Below are positions 1 to 12,691 of a stretch of 48,518 bases of DNA, one piece after another. A program made the position numbers and the translations under genes. The DNA is from Monosiga brevicollis MX1 (Eukaryota). The number at the start of each line of letters is the position of its first letter. Position 1 is the first letter of the stretch. The stretch covers positions 195,830 to 244,347 of the forward strand of contig NW_001865055.1 of NCBI RefSeq assembly GCF_000002865.3, given 5' to 3'. A model generated the notes under the pieces. It did no database searches, was not told where the DNA came from, and saw nothing but the letters and a program-made list of their open reading frames with translations.

Positions 1-574
1 TTGTCAGCGGTATGTTGGTTGTCGTCGTTGCTTGGTCCCGCGGTGTGGTGGGCGTTGTCATGGGCAAGGAAGGGTGCGGCGTATCTCATGGGTCTGGGCT
101 GTTACCTCTTTGGCGAACAGTCTGGGCAAGGAACGCGAGTACAACTTCAAGGAGATTGCTCAGCAAGAAGCGCGCATTGAAAAGTACAAGGCCGAGGGTC
201 GCGATGAATATGACGTCCGCAAGCAGGTATGCTGCCCGCCTTGTTCCGCTCTCCACTCTGGCTTCGTCCGCAACCTGGCTCACTTGGCAAGGGCGCGCGG
301 TTGCTCGCAGTACGAGGTGCTCGAGGAGTGCAAGATGATGGTTCCCAACACCCAACAGCGGCTTGAAGAGGAGCACAAGAAGCTCACCGATATGGTCGTA
401 TGTCAAACAGCTCGGCGCCTTGCTCATCGCGCCCCTTGCCGCCGCGCTGCCCCCCCACTCACTCTGCCCTTCAACCGCACACCAACCTAGGCCAACGAGA
501 CAGATTTGGCCGAGACCCCTGAATACAAGGCGGCCCAAGAAATGCTCACCACTGTGCCGGTTCAACTGGAGTAA
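1..574 (+). CDS. TBCA: Tubulin-specific chaperone A (5' end outside window)
   Basis: Exons 1-9, 121-226, 311-397, 491-574 with GT-AG introns splice in frame to CQRLGKEREYNFKEIAQQEARIEKYKAEGRDEYDVRKQYEVLEECKMMVPNTQQRL...ETPEYKAAQEML, matching the TBCA consensus (RL.KE, DEYD.RKQ..VL.E..MM.P). Confidence 0.93.
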
Positions 575-848
575 AACCTTTGCACATGTTCATCCCGCAC
601 TGACCGGCCTTCTCGCCCTCAGCCCCCCTTGTATGGCTGCGGCCACAAGATGCGTGTTGTTCAATTTTGTTGTGTGTGCGTATGTTTGTTCGGTCAAGCT
701 CTGCCAAGGCTTGGCTTGGCTTGCTCTACAGAAACGCTTGTACAGACGGGCCCTGCTCAAGGTAGCTTGGGAGATAGGTCAATCGAATTATTGCTTGGTG
801 CACTGGTACGCTTATCTGTCCACACACCGAGCAGCCAACCCAGCATTT

Positions 849-3800
849 TTATGGTCGAACATAAATGTACTTGCTTCCCGTGACTGGCACAGCCGCCTAA
901 ACTCCACACACGCACGCACACACACGCCAGCCGTGAGCTGCTGCAAATGCAAATGCAAATGCAGATGCAAAAGCCGACACCAGTGCCAATCACACATTCC
1001 CGCGCGCTTTAGCATTGCCACGACCAAAATCCAAGGCCTTACCCCCTTGCGTCCGTCCACCAGGGTCACGCTGGGCAGTTTGAGTTGGCCCGTGGTGAGA
1101 GGGAGCAGGTCAAACCGCACTTGAGACATAGCCTCCTGCCCGGCAGCACCGGGCAGAATGCGCAACACCTGGTTTGGATCACCTGCCAGCATAAAGTCTG
1201 GGGTTTGTTCCATAAGTAGCTCGGCCTCCTCAATGTAGCCGCTGCGCGCCCGGACCACGAGCTCCACCTTGACTGTTTCACCACTGCGACATGTTGACGG
1301 TGCTTGTACATGGGCTCGCAATCGCATCTCTTGTGCCACGATCTCAGGTAGCTCCAGCCTTAGCGTGTTTCGGCGCTCACAACCAGGCCTAACGCACAAA
1401 AGCAAGACAAAAAAAAAAAAAAAAAAAAAAAAGCAATGATAATGGTCAAAAAAGATACCTCGTTGCATCTGGTCTCGAATCACCAGCAATAAAACCCACC
1501 GCAACCAGGTGGCCACTACCGTGCCCAATGTCGTAGGCTCGACCACCTCACGCCGCAGCGAAAAAATGAGCTGCTCAGCAAAAGCATCACCCTCATGGTA
1601 CAACTCGCAAGCGCCTACAACCCCAAGGTACCAGATTTCAAAGTGAGCAACTTCTTGGCCCTTCACCTGGCGCTATTGCAAAGAGCACGACCAACAGTAT
1701 GGCCCACAACAATTTTTTTTTAGAAAAAAGAGGAAAGACTTACCTTCATCAATATTCAGCGCAGATTGCCCAGCCAGAATCTGCAACCCATCTGATTTGA
1801 TCCCCGGTTGTACCTCAGCACCACGCAGCTCAAGCGGTGTTTTACTGCAGCATTGTAACTGATACATGCGCGCAGAGACGGCACATAATGAGCTGCTGCA
1901 GAGCTACACGCGTGCTCGTCCATCAACCCATCGCCTCACGCCATGGCGGCCAATGACACACCTCATAAGCGAGTCGCAAATCATCGTGGCACGGAAGAGG
2001 TTCTGCTAGGGACACTAGTCGGCCGTTGAGATCTTGCAAGTTGGCCGCCAATGCAAAGGGTGCAATCACGACCAGCGTTGCCTCAGAGTGCTTTGATCGT
2101 GCAAGCACAAATAAAACAAAAGAACAGGCAAGCAACACAGGGTAAGCTCATACGCATGAAAAATAACAGCAATGCCAATGTCAATGCGTGCGCCCGCCCT
2201 CATCGCAACTCACTTGTCGATGCGAGTCGCTGCCATGCATGTAAGTCAGGCGCGCAGACAGCTCCCGGCCAGGCGTGACGCTGGGGCAGTCGAGGAAGAC
2301 ACGTGTAGCAAACTCGCCCTGGGCCTTGAAAAAAAAAAAAAAAAAAAAAAGTCGTCAATGCGACATATGAGCACAAGATGGGAACAAGTGGACTGGAATT
2401 CGACGGTGCATGCCTTTGAAATGGGGCATAAAATCGAAATCCTCATACCTTGATGAGGCCCATATCCACCGTTCTAAGCACCTCGTCGTCCGCTGCCTCT
2501 TCGGTGGCATCTACGACGGGCAAACCCTCGCTGTCAGGTACACAAAGAGGACAGTAGACTGTGGCGGCGAGCCGACGCTAAAGCTCGTGGGGCAAGCACT
2601 ATGCGCCCAGAAAAAGAGGCTGCGCGACTTACAGAAGGTGGCTTCTCCGTCGAGTGCTTGAAGTTGGCACTTGACGTCGACCAAGTCTTGCTCGCAGATG
2701 TTAACAACCCGTAGATCAAGTGGACAACGCTCGCCAAGCAAGCCTGGGTGTCGGTTCAAGGGAGAGGAGACAAGACGTGTGACTTATTCGCATGCAGGGC
2801 GGGAGGCCAAGCTCGTGGGACGAGATTTGCCAGTCGGGCCAAGGCTGCTGCGAGCAAAACCGTTACCGTGTGCTGGTGGAGAGAGCGTAACGGTTGCAAG
2901 CTCTTTGGTGCTGACAAAGGCCAAATGTGTGCGATTGACCACTCGTGAAAATGGCAAGGCTTGAACTTCCGTCGCTAGTGGCAGCGGCTGCTCTCCCCGA
3001 GCCTTGCCCGTTGCAAAGTTCCTAGTCCACAAATATTCAGCCAGATATGAGCGCAAGCACCCGGGCAGTGCTGACGTCAGCATGTCAACCGTCTTTGAGA
3101 ATCAACCTACTCACCAATCAACGGTCAGCTGGTGCCGTGAGCTGCTCACCACCGCTTGGATGCGCTTCACAGCATATTGGATATGGGCCGCATCGGGCGC
3201 ACGGTGTACTGGCACATTCAGGCGCAGAGTAGATCCTAGCACCAAAACACCCCCGTATCAATTGGTGGACGGATCCTTGGCCATCCACAAGAGGCGCTCA
3301 AACCACGCATGCAGCAACATACCGGCATTGAGTTGAATGGGTTCAGTGACGCCAGCTGTCAAGACGGGGGCATCGGCCACGCGCTTCTGACGTTTGCCAT
3401 CGCACGCCTCAAGTTCCACGGTCAAGGATGACAGCGTCAGCGAAGCAGGCAGACTGGAGTTCAGCAGCACCAAAAGATCGGCCGTCGTGCCCGTGGCACC
3501 TAGCAAAGCTGAACACTATTTTCAGAGACAGCGTGAAACGGCCATGAGCAGCTTGTGAGCAAAAGCATAAGGGCATCTCTAAGCGGTCGCTTGAACAGGC
3601 ATGCATGCACATGATTCGGTCTGACACTTGAGCGTGTGCTGCAGCCCCTTCGCTGGTGGCTCGTGGCATTAGGAGGGGAGTACCTTGCAGCGAATGGCCG
3701 CAGGCTCTGCAGCATGTACGTCAAGCACTGGTCCATCAGCCTCCCAGGCTGGGTCCAGGTTGGCACAAGCGTCATCAAAACCAGTTGTAACGCCGGTGTT

Positions 3801-6800
3801 GAGCCATTCAATGAGATGATTGAGAATGGCGCCGCGCTGGCTAGTTTCTAGCGGCAGCCGGCCATCCAAACATGCCAGCGAGCGCTGGCAGTACTGCACC
3901 CCATCACCCAGGGCAAAGGCACACCTAATTCCAATCAAAGGCAAGTCAGAGTGGGATGCAGCACTTGGGAGACCGGTTGCTAAACAAAAAAGGCAATGCC
4001 GCTCGAGAGACACGGCTAACCGAAGGGCGTGGACCTCATATTCTGCAAGCAGGGCAAACCAGGGCTCTCGCCATTGGATGGCGAGGACCTCTTCCCAACA
4101 TCTAGCGCGGCATGGTGTGTTGAGTAGGGGCGTCGAGGCAGCACATTTGGGTTTTGAAAATGGCGCGCCAAAACCTCACTTGAGCGCCTTGTCATAGCGG
4201 TGCAGCGCCATGAAAGCATGTGCCAAGCGGCATTTCAGGCCGGCAATGGTACGGTAGACGGTTTGAGGTTCACGGGCACCCTGCAAGAGGCCAGCAGTTA
4301 AGATGTCAACCCAGGCCAAGCGAGTGGAGAGGCGGAGGGAGAAGAAGTGGAACGTGAGTGTAAACAGAGACGCCGACGGTAAACCAGGGTGACCGCACCT
4401 CTTTGCCAACAACTCGGTGAACAACTGCGTAGCGCTCAAAGTGTGCTAGGGCCCGCTCAAGCAGAACCTGTTGATGTGCGGCATGAGGCACTTGGTGCTC
4501 CAAAGCCTGTTGGGACAACCCGCCCCATAATATCGCGAAACACGCCCGGGCCAACGATGGGATGAGAAATGCAGCGCTGGTGGTGCTAGAGGGGGACAAG
4601 CTTTTCCTTCTTCACGTTCAAAAGATCAAGCAGTCAGGACGGCGCGCACCGTGAGAATGGACGTATCCGTTACGTTGAGAGTAGATTGTTCTGCCACTTG
4701 AATCTGTCCAAGGAACATCTATGGGGCACGCAGCAAAAGGTCAGACAGCGCGATGCTTGGTGTCGAGTTGAAGTCATCTGCGTGTTAGACAAGGACTGTT
4801 ACGCACGCTCGTGGTCTCGGTGGCTGTGATATCCGTAGGCTGTTGACCGTGCTGAGCCAAAAGGGTCATACGTTGGTGCTCGTGGTCTGCCGCTTGTTGA
4901 AAATACAGGCCTGGGTGTTCCGTCTGTGCATGGGAACGGGCAGCAATGCATGGGAACGGGTAGCAAAGGGCATCAGGCTGACTCAGGAGGCTGGCATCAA
5001 GATGAGCTTGCTTCGGCCATGGAGCAGGCGAATATAGCGAACCATAATAGGCTGCAAACCACTGGCAACGGCCTTTTCAAAGACCAGACCAAACTGGAGG
5101 TAACTGTGAACGAATGTCAAGGGCCACTCCATGATGAGGCAACGAGGTATCGCAAAACACAAGCAGGCGAATTGGAAAACCACGAGCATACACAAAGCTG
5201 AAAAGTCGGGCTCGGCGCCATGGGTGCTGGTGGTCCACAGACGCTAAGAGCAAAGGGATTGGGTAGGGTGTGAATTCACAAGCCACCAGAAAGGTAAGAC
5301 AGAACATCTTCCGTTTAAAAAAAAAAGGTTGAGCGAATCTGAGAATTGAAGGCGGGGGGAGGGAGCACGACACCTTGTCGAAGCCAATTGACCAGGTTGC
5401 GAAAGATTTTGAGAGCCATTAAGTTGGCATTTTGAAGAAAGTTGAGGTGACAAAGCTATATCGGCCAAGCGGTATGCGTCTTCTTGTAAGTGGGAGGGCG
5501 GAGGCAACAATCATTCGACCAAGCACCGAGCAGACCTTGATGTTGAGGAGGGAGAAAATATAGGCGAGCTCGAATTCACGGCCGGACAGGGGTGTGAGCT
5601 GCTGGAGTTCACGGACGCATTGCGTGTAGGCTGCGGTTGCTTTTGGATAGTCCTGCATGAGTTCGTTGAAGAACCCAATTTTGAAGGCGTATCTTGCAAG
5701 TAGCTCCTACCAGGGGTTGATGCGATGAAATGGCGCATGCCAAGGGAGGGAGTGTATAAGCGGATTGGCGGGGAAGGGCGAGGCGAGCATACAAGACGCA
5801 TACCCGTTCAGTGGTCTCGTGGACGGCTTCACGCCGTGCGGTGACGCGAGCAATCTCAGCTTGGTAATGCTGGCCGCACAGCTCCATAAAGACTGACTCG
5901 AGCCTGGGGGAGTGATGATCCAACACGCAAACGAGTTGATGGAATGAGCAACGGCGGCGGTGAGTGGCAGCGAGCATCGGGCTGGAAGGCGGAGTTGGCC
6001 TCACTTGATGAGATCATGAACCACGCGTTGCATGGGTGAGTCCAGGATGTAAAGTTCCTTTTGGCGCAAGAGTTGGCACTTGTTACGCAAGGAGCTGGCA
6101 CGCGCAGTGATAATTTCTGGGGCGATGGCATTGATGAGCGTGGCGTGATGCCGGCGATGTGTACCCCGGATCAGTGCAGAGCGCCTTTGACTAACCATCG
6201 GAGACTTCTTGTTGGCGGCGATTTTGGAGGAGAATGGCGATGAGACGAGTGGGCCGAGAGCCTCGCTGATCGCTACATGTGGGATGCTGCTTGTCAGAAC
6301 GCAGCGGAGCAAATCCGGGCTGCAGAACCGCGGGGGAGGAGGGGGAAGAGGGAGAGGGGAGAGGACACACCGAATGGCGGCCACCATTTGAGCATATTCT
6401 TCTTCGCGCTTATTCCAGTCTTCGGCCTCCCACTCGAGAGCCATGAAGATGACAATGACGGCGGGAATCTCCTCAGCATGCTATATGGAGGAATGCGGGG
6501 CAGTGATGCAAGTGTGCGATGGGTGTGCTGGTGGTGCAGGCTCGAGCTTGCACGGCAGAGGTGCCGGCAGGCTTCAAGAGGGAGGATAGAAGGGGGTTAG
6601 GGAGAGAGAGAAAAAAAAGCGTACGCGACTTATCCAGTGACGCTTGATGATGCCGTCTGGAATATGGGCTTCTTCGGTGACGCTTTGGGTGGGAGCCGCC
6701 TGGCATGATGAACCAAACGTGCAGGTTACAAGAGGACAAGGAAAGCACGGCCGGTTGTGCCGGGGGTATGCGTGCATGACACCCAACTAGGTCGATGGCA

Positions 6801-7157
6801 GACCTTTTCCTTGCGAGGGGGGAAGAGCTGGTCTGTGACGCTCTTGAATCTGTACTCGAGCGCAGCTTTGGGTCGTTGATTGGCCTATTTAGCCCGGTAG
6901 ACGCGTGAGTGTCGAGTAGCATTCTTCAGTTGGTGTCGTTGGGGTGCTGCAGGCATGGGTGCGCGCCGAAAATTGGTTGAAAAACAAGCAAGCTCCCCAC
7001 GGACCTCGACGAGGCCCTGAAAGACGGCCTGGCTTTTTGGATCTTGTTGATCATGGGCACCAATCACATGAACCGGCGCGCGGGGTGCAAACAGGCCAGG
7101 CGGAATGGCCAGATGGCCAGCACCGACAGCGACCACATGATCGCTGGCCTCTGTCAT
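849..7157 (-). CDS. TRAPPC11: Trafficking protein particle complex subunit 11 (foie gras/gryzun family), multi-exon
   Basis: Exon translations IPDGIIKRHW, KHAEEIPAVIVIFMALEWEAEDWNKREEE, RLESVFMELCGQHYQAEIARV, FKIGFFNELMQDYPKATAAY, FDLLPLTTGQLKLPSVTL and last exon 849-896 (AAVPVTGSKYIYVRP*) follow TRAPPC11 colinearly. The ATG at 7157 is the most plausible start. Not every internal exon boundary was resolved. Confidence 0.85.
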
Positions 7158-7445
7158 CCCGACTGCTCAAAGAAACACGCCCGCAGCAGCACAAGCCTCC
7201 AGGCAGCCGAACTCGCCAGCCAGCCAGCCAGCCAGCCAGCCCAGCAAAGGTCCTTCGTCTACACGAGAGGCAAGAGCTAAAACCAGAATCGGCTATGGAG
7301 AGGAAGCAGAGCAAGAGTGAATGCAGGGGCATGAGGTTTGCAGCAATGGAAGCATGGAGCCCATGGGCAACGCCTCTGCCACAGAAGCAGCCCACGCTCC
7401 CCTCTGTTCTTGGTTGTTCCCGCTGCCGTTCAGACGTACTTCACT

Positions 7446-7450
<5 letters not shown>

Positions 7451-7483
<33 letters not shown>

Positions 7484-7590
7484 GAGAAAGTTTGAGAGAG
7501 TTTGAGAGAGTTTGAGAGAGTTTGAGAGAGAGAGTTTGAGAGAGTTTGAGAGAGTTTGAGAGAGAGAGTTTGGAGAGAGAGAGTGAGAGT
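7451..7590. repeat. (GA)n / (GAGAGTTT)-type microsatellite
   Basis: Directly visible tandem GA repeat with periodic TTT interruptions. Confidence 0.95.
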
Positions 7591-7872
7591 TTGAGGGTAT
7601 CAACATTCATATTATTTCCAAGGGGTGAGTTGACTATCCGAGCATTGGGGGGGGGGGAAAGGATCACAGAGAGTACATCCGGATGGACATAATGGATGTA
7701 AAATGAATTGACATGGATGCGAGCCTTGGGAAAAACCGAAAGGACAAGGTGGAGGGAGGGGGGGGGTGTTCCCGTGCCATCTTGTTGCGGTCGGATGACA
7801 GCAGGATGGAGGTTGGGGAGAGAATACGAAAAGGCTTCACAAGATCGTGCAAGGTCGCGAATGGGCGCTTTC

Positions 7873-9216
7873 TTAAAAGAGCACGGCGAGGGCGGCGAGG
7901 GTGGCAACAAGGGCGGCGGCGATGGACGCGGTGGAGGCACTGCTGCTGCCATCCACGGTGGTATCAGCGCCGCACTTGAGAACAATCTTGGCCACGGAGA
8001 GTCCGTGTTGACTGTCATCATCGTCAGAGAAGAGGTGGGTGAAATCATCGTCAAAATCGAAGAGATCATTGCCAATGTGGATAATGGACTGATTGTGCAT
8101 GAAGTCATCGTCGTCGTCAAAGTCGTCAAAGTCGTCGTCAAAGTTGAACAGATCATTATCATCGTCGTCAAAGTCGTCGTCACCGCCGACGGGCGCAAGG
8201 TCAGTAAGGGAAATGCATTCGTTCATAACGAGCGGTGAGCTGACGGAGGCGCCTTGGCATTTGTCGGAAGACGTGTGGGTGCGCAGGGTCATCGAGTCCT
8301 CGGTGCATGTGAGTTGGAAGGAGATGCCAGCGGGGCCGAAGACGCTCTTATCATCATCAAAGTCAAAGGGCGAGGGGGGGGCTTGGCAGCCGTCTTCAAC
8401 AAAGATGCGCATGGGAGGGTTGCCGCTGCAGTCGTTGGTGGGGTAGATCAGCATGGTGCCCACGGTGTTTTCGGGAGCTTCGACGCAGGAAAACTTGAAG
8501 GTCTCGCCCATGCAGCTGTTCAAGCTCTGTGATCCCATGCTCTAAATTTTTCAATCATCCAGATCGCAGTCCATCGTCAGTTTGAGAAAGAAAGCAACAC
8601 GAGAGCAGAGGCGCAAGGCAAAGTGTCGAGGCTAGGGATTGTAGCAGGCGCGGCATGCTCACCTTGGTGCAAGTCGTGTCGTTATAAACGGTAAATTGCT
8701 ATCAAAAGAACCAAAAACAAAAAGCCCCTTAGGATCAGAACGGACATGGTCACGCCGGGCAGTCATGAGTGCAGGCCCAGGCGCACATACGTTGGTGTCG
8801 CAATTGATTTTGGCAGAAGTACGGCCAAGGGGCAGGCAGTGGTCTGAGGAGATGACCATGTTGCCAAAGCCAATGGGGTTCAGCACAAAGTTCCACATGC
8901 CGTCATCATCGCCGTCGCACGACGAAATGCTGGCAAAGCGGGTTGCCTGCGTGGTGGTGGCGAACATGGCTGGCAGGAACAAGCACGCGGTTTGGTGAAT
9001 GAGCGGGACAACCGTCTGAGGACATGGCCAGTTGGCGGCGGGGTTTCGCGAGTCATCCCACTTGGCACTCTTGCTTCACCCAAAGTCACGCCGCCGCTCT
9101 TCCGTGACGACACCACCCCGATCAAGACCCTGACTTGCAAATAAACATTGCCGTTTGAGCAAACGTTACTAACCCAGCACGACGATCCATGCCGCCTTGG
9201 CCTTGGACGAACTCAT
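7873..9216 (-). CDS. Array copy A: secreted Cys/Asp-rich protein with GPI-signal-like C-terminus, unknown family
   Basis: Four exons: MSSSKAKAAWIVVL|AMFATTTQATRFASISSCDGDDDG...NPIGFG...CDTN|QFTVYNDTTCTK|SMGSQSLNSC...APENTVGTMLIY...KCGADTTVDGSSSASTASIAAALVATLAALAVLF*. Intron phases 1,0,0. Confidence 0.85.
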
Positions 9217-9315
9217 CTTGCCGATTGCCGGAAAAACAACAGGGCAGTGCGGAAAAGCACAGGGAGGGGGGGATGAGCGAGCGGAAGAAAATGCACAGAG
9301 ATGGGAAGTGTGTGT

Positions 9316-9335
9316 GTGAGAGAGAGGGGGGGGGG

Positions 9336-9374
<39 letters not shown>

Positions 9375-9417
9375 AGAGAGAGAGAGAGAGAGCTTGAGAG
9401 AGAGAGAGAGAGAGCTT

Positions 9418-9452
<35 letters not shown>

Positions 9453-9480
9453 CTTGAGAGAGAGAGAGAGAGAGAGAGCT
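9316..9480. repeat. (GA)n microsatellite
   Basis: Visible GA tract with GCTT interruptions upstream of array copy A. Confidence 0.95.
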
Positions 9481-10598
9481 TAAAAAAGAGAGGGCGTGTG
9501 TGAGCTGTTACCTACCACAAAAAGCCTAGCAAGCGCTCGCGCGTGTGTATGTGTGTGTGTATGTGGAAACACCACCCCCCTCGAGGTCGTGTGAAGTAGG
9601 AGTGCCAAACGTAGTGTCCACACTTGAATAAGGTCAATAGGTTGAGAGATGTGGAACGAGGGCGAAAGAGATGGAGAGGTATGGAGCGAGCGTGAGAGCG
9701 ATGGAGAGGTATGGAAAAGGGTTGATAATGGAAGTCAGAGATGGAATGAGCGTGCTGGTTTAAATCAGAGAGAAACATAGACGACGAAGAAAACCTGATC
9801 AGATTTATCACCACATGGTTATTGCAGTTAAAAAAGAAGTTAATGTAGTTTTTAGCGTATAGTGAATAAAAGTTGTTGTCCTAAAAACACAGTTACTGTC
9901 GGTGTTGTCCTGATTCCTTGGCACAGACTGTCATCGGTCTCGGCAGTCGCCTGCCGTCTGTCTCTGTCTCTGTCTGCTGTCTCCGTCTTCTGTCATTGTC
10001 TTCTGTCTCCTGTCGTTGATCCCTGTCGTTGATCCCTGTCTTTTGGCCCTGTCGTCTTCTGTCTGTCTCTCCATCTCCTCCCCCCTTTTCCCCCCAAGAT
10101 CTGTGGTGTGTGTGTGTGATCCGCCCTCTTACTTTCAGCAATTCAAACCCCGCCCGCCCCCTTTCCCTAGAAATTAACTCCATTTTTTTGACCTCCATAC
10201 CTGTCCTCTTTTTTGGGAAATTAATTTTTTTTCTATTCTAACATTCGTTTGTCAGAGAGGCGCTGGTTCGGTAGATTCGCATCAATTTGCCATAGGAGCA
10301 GACGGGAAGTGGTACTCGGGACGGGTCTTCGTCCGGGGGTTTGGGGGTGTGCGTGTACACGCACGCGCTGTAGGACAGGCCGGCTGTGCGTCGGCTTGAA
10401 AAAAACATGCGTGGGACGGAGGAGAATGGAGGAGGCGTTCGAGGCGAAGGCCAGTCGACCTATCAATTCTTTGAAGGTTCGAGGCACAACAAGCCAGAGC
10501 ATCAGTTCTGGCACCATGTTTCTTCTCTTCTCCCTCAGGTTTGCTCAGCACACACTCGAATTCGTACGCCGGGGCGTCCGAGCTGCACAACTGTGGGC

Positions 10599-11692
10599 TC
10601 AGAGCAGAGCCGCGACCAGGGCGACGGTGGCCACGAGACCAGCGGTCACCGAGGCGGTGGTCGCGCTGCCAGTGCCGTCGGCGGTGGTGTCGGCGCCACA
10701 CTTGGCCACCATCTTGTCTGCCATAAAAGGGTGATCATCGTCATCATCATAGTCATCATCATCGTCGTCGTCGCTGGGGAAGACGGTGTTCAGGTCCAGA
10801 CACTCATTCGCGGGCACGTTGAAGGTGGTGGCGGTGCCGGTGCACGAGGCTGATTCGGTGAACACGCTGACCACAATCTTCTTATCCTCACAAGCCACGG
10901 ACATGGAGGTGGGGCTTGCGCGGGGCACAAGCTTGTCATCGTCGTCGTCGTCGTTCTGCTGGATGCAAGTGTCGGTGACAAAGTAGCGCAGGTTGGGGGT
11001 ATCGGAGCAATCATCCTCGTCGTACATGAGCATGGTGCCGACGGTGTTCTCGGGGGCGGTGCCGCACTCAACAGAGAAGCCAATTTTGTTGCAGTCGAAG
11101 GTTTCCGAGCCAAGCTAAGTGTGTGAGCAGTGACCAGGCGGGTGACGTTAGGGCATCACGCGTGACGCTTGTGCCGCCAGCGGGCCAAGGGTGGTGGACT
11201 GAAACTGAAACTGGCATGGGCTCAGCAGCAAAGTATACCTCGTGGGCGCAAGTGGAGCTATTGTAATACTTCAGCTCGTTGGTCTGTCGTCAAGATGGTG
11301 AGTCACCATGAGAGTGAGAGAGAGTGAGAAAGAAAGAGAGAGCGAGCCGTTGGGCAAAGATGTGAGCGCGCGGCACAGAATCAGCTCTGCACACAGAACC
11401 ACGATCTGGAAAAGGGGGCAAGACCAACCGTGCAGTCAGCCTTGACGTGCAGGCCTTCGACAAAGGGCACACATGCATCGGCGGTCCAGGCAATGGTGCC
11501 AAAGCCCAAGGGGTTGTGGTCAACATTCCCACAGAACTTGATCATGGCAAACTGAACATTGTCATCAGCTGCTGTTGCCGCGGCTATCGAGTGTCACAAA
11601 CAAGGGAGTGAGGAATGAGTCCAGAGCGGGCGGGGCGATGATACCAGAGCCTTACCAAAGAGCACGACGGCCATCGCAATAGTCTTGAACAT
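10599..11692 (-). CDS. Array copy B: secreted Cys/Asp-rich protein with GPI-signal-like C-terminus
   Basis: MFKTIAMAVVLF|AAATAADDNVQFAMIKFCGNVDHNPLGFGTIAWTADAC...ADCT|TNELKYYNSSTCAHE|LGSETFDCNKIGFSVECGTAPENTVGTML...KCGADTTADGTGSATTASVTAGLVATVALVAALL*. Canonical GT-AG introns. Confidence 0.9.
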
Positions 11693-11994
11693 GATCCTGG
11701 TCTAGTCGGCCGAGAACAAAAATGCCACTCGCCCTCGCCCTCTTCCCGATACCACCGTTGACGGTGCACGTGTAACAAAAAATCCGTAGACCGTCGTCAG
11801 TGTTGTGATACGGCCACGACCTTTTTTTGTAAATTGTAATCGCTCGTGACTCGTTTTGAAAAGGGCGCGAACGACTGATTGATTGGTTCGGTGTGGTGGC
11901 GTAGTGGTAATTGGGTTGGATGTGCTGCACATGCCACACACCCCCGCCTTTTTGGCTCGTTGTTTTTTTTTTTTTACTCCACACTCATGAGACG

Positions 11995-12190
11995 CTGCCC
12001 GCTGGCTCTCTGGCCCGCTGGCTCTCTGGCCCGCTGGCTCTCTGGCTCTCTGGCCCCTCTGGCTCTCTGGCCCCTCTGGCTCTTTGATCAGGGCCATCAG
12101 GGCCATCAGGGCTATTAGGGCTATTAGGGATATTAGCGCTATTAGGGCTATCAGGGAACACTAACAAGGATATCAGGGCTAACAGGGGTC
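11995..12190. repeat. Compound minisatellite: 16/8-nt (GCTGGCTCTCTGGCCC) units followed by 9-nt (ATCAGGGCC / ATTAGGGCT) units
   Basis: Tandem units visible directly in the B-C intergenic spacer. Confidence 0.85.
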
Positions 12191-12691
12191 ATGGGAAAGC
12201 AAGCAAAAAATCAAATCGACACCGTTCGTTCCGACCAAAAGGTTGACGCCCCCCTCACTGGCTTTTGCATCATGTCCTTCCGATGGTCGTTGCAGACAGG
12301 GACAGACCATTGCAACGACATCCGTTACACATTATTGCTTTGACGTGGTCGGTAGCAATCGCGTTGGGAGCCAGGTTGCAAGTGGCCGGACAGCCATGTA
12401 GGGGGCGTTTCCACTTCACGGTCAACTCTTGATTTGCAGGAGCACACGCCCCGAAATCGCTCCCATCAAGGGCAGGCTCTCGCCTGTCACTCCTGCGTTT
12501 CACAACTATAGGGCCATATGGCCGATTTGGTACTGCAAGGGTTGTATCTCGCCATCAAGTTCATGAGGGTGCGCTTTATGATTTCTTTGTGATTTCGCTG
12601 GGGGCTGAGTTTTAAAACTATGACCGTGAGATCATGATAAATTGCGTGTGCCTCACGAGGCTACAATGGCTTCAAATGATGAGACGCAGCT

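Noticed and set aside
12100..12190. Interstitial telomere
   Set aside because: TTAGGG occurs only within degenerate 9-nt units, not as tandem hexamers.
12286..12319. 9-bp inverted repeat GTCGTTGCA...TGCAACGAC
   Set aside because: An isolated hairpin with no recognisable RNA family or second copy; compatible with chance.
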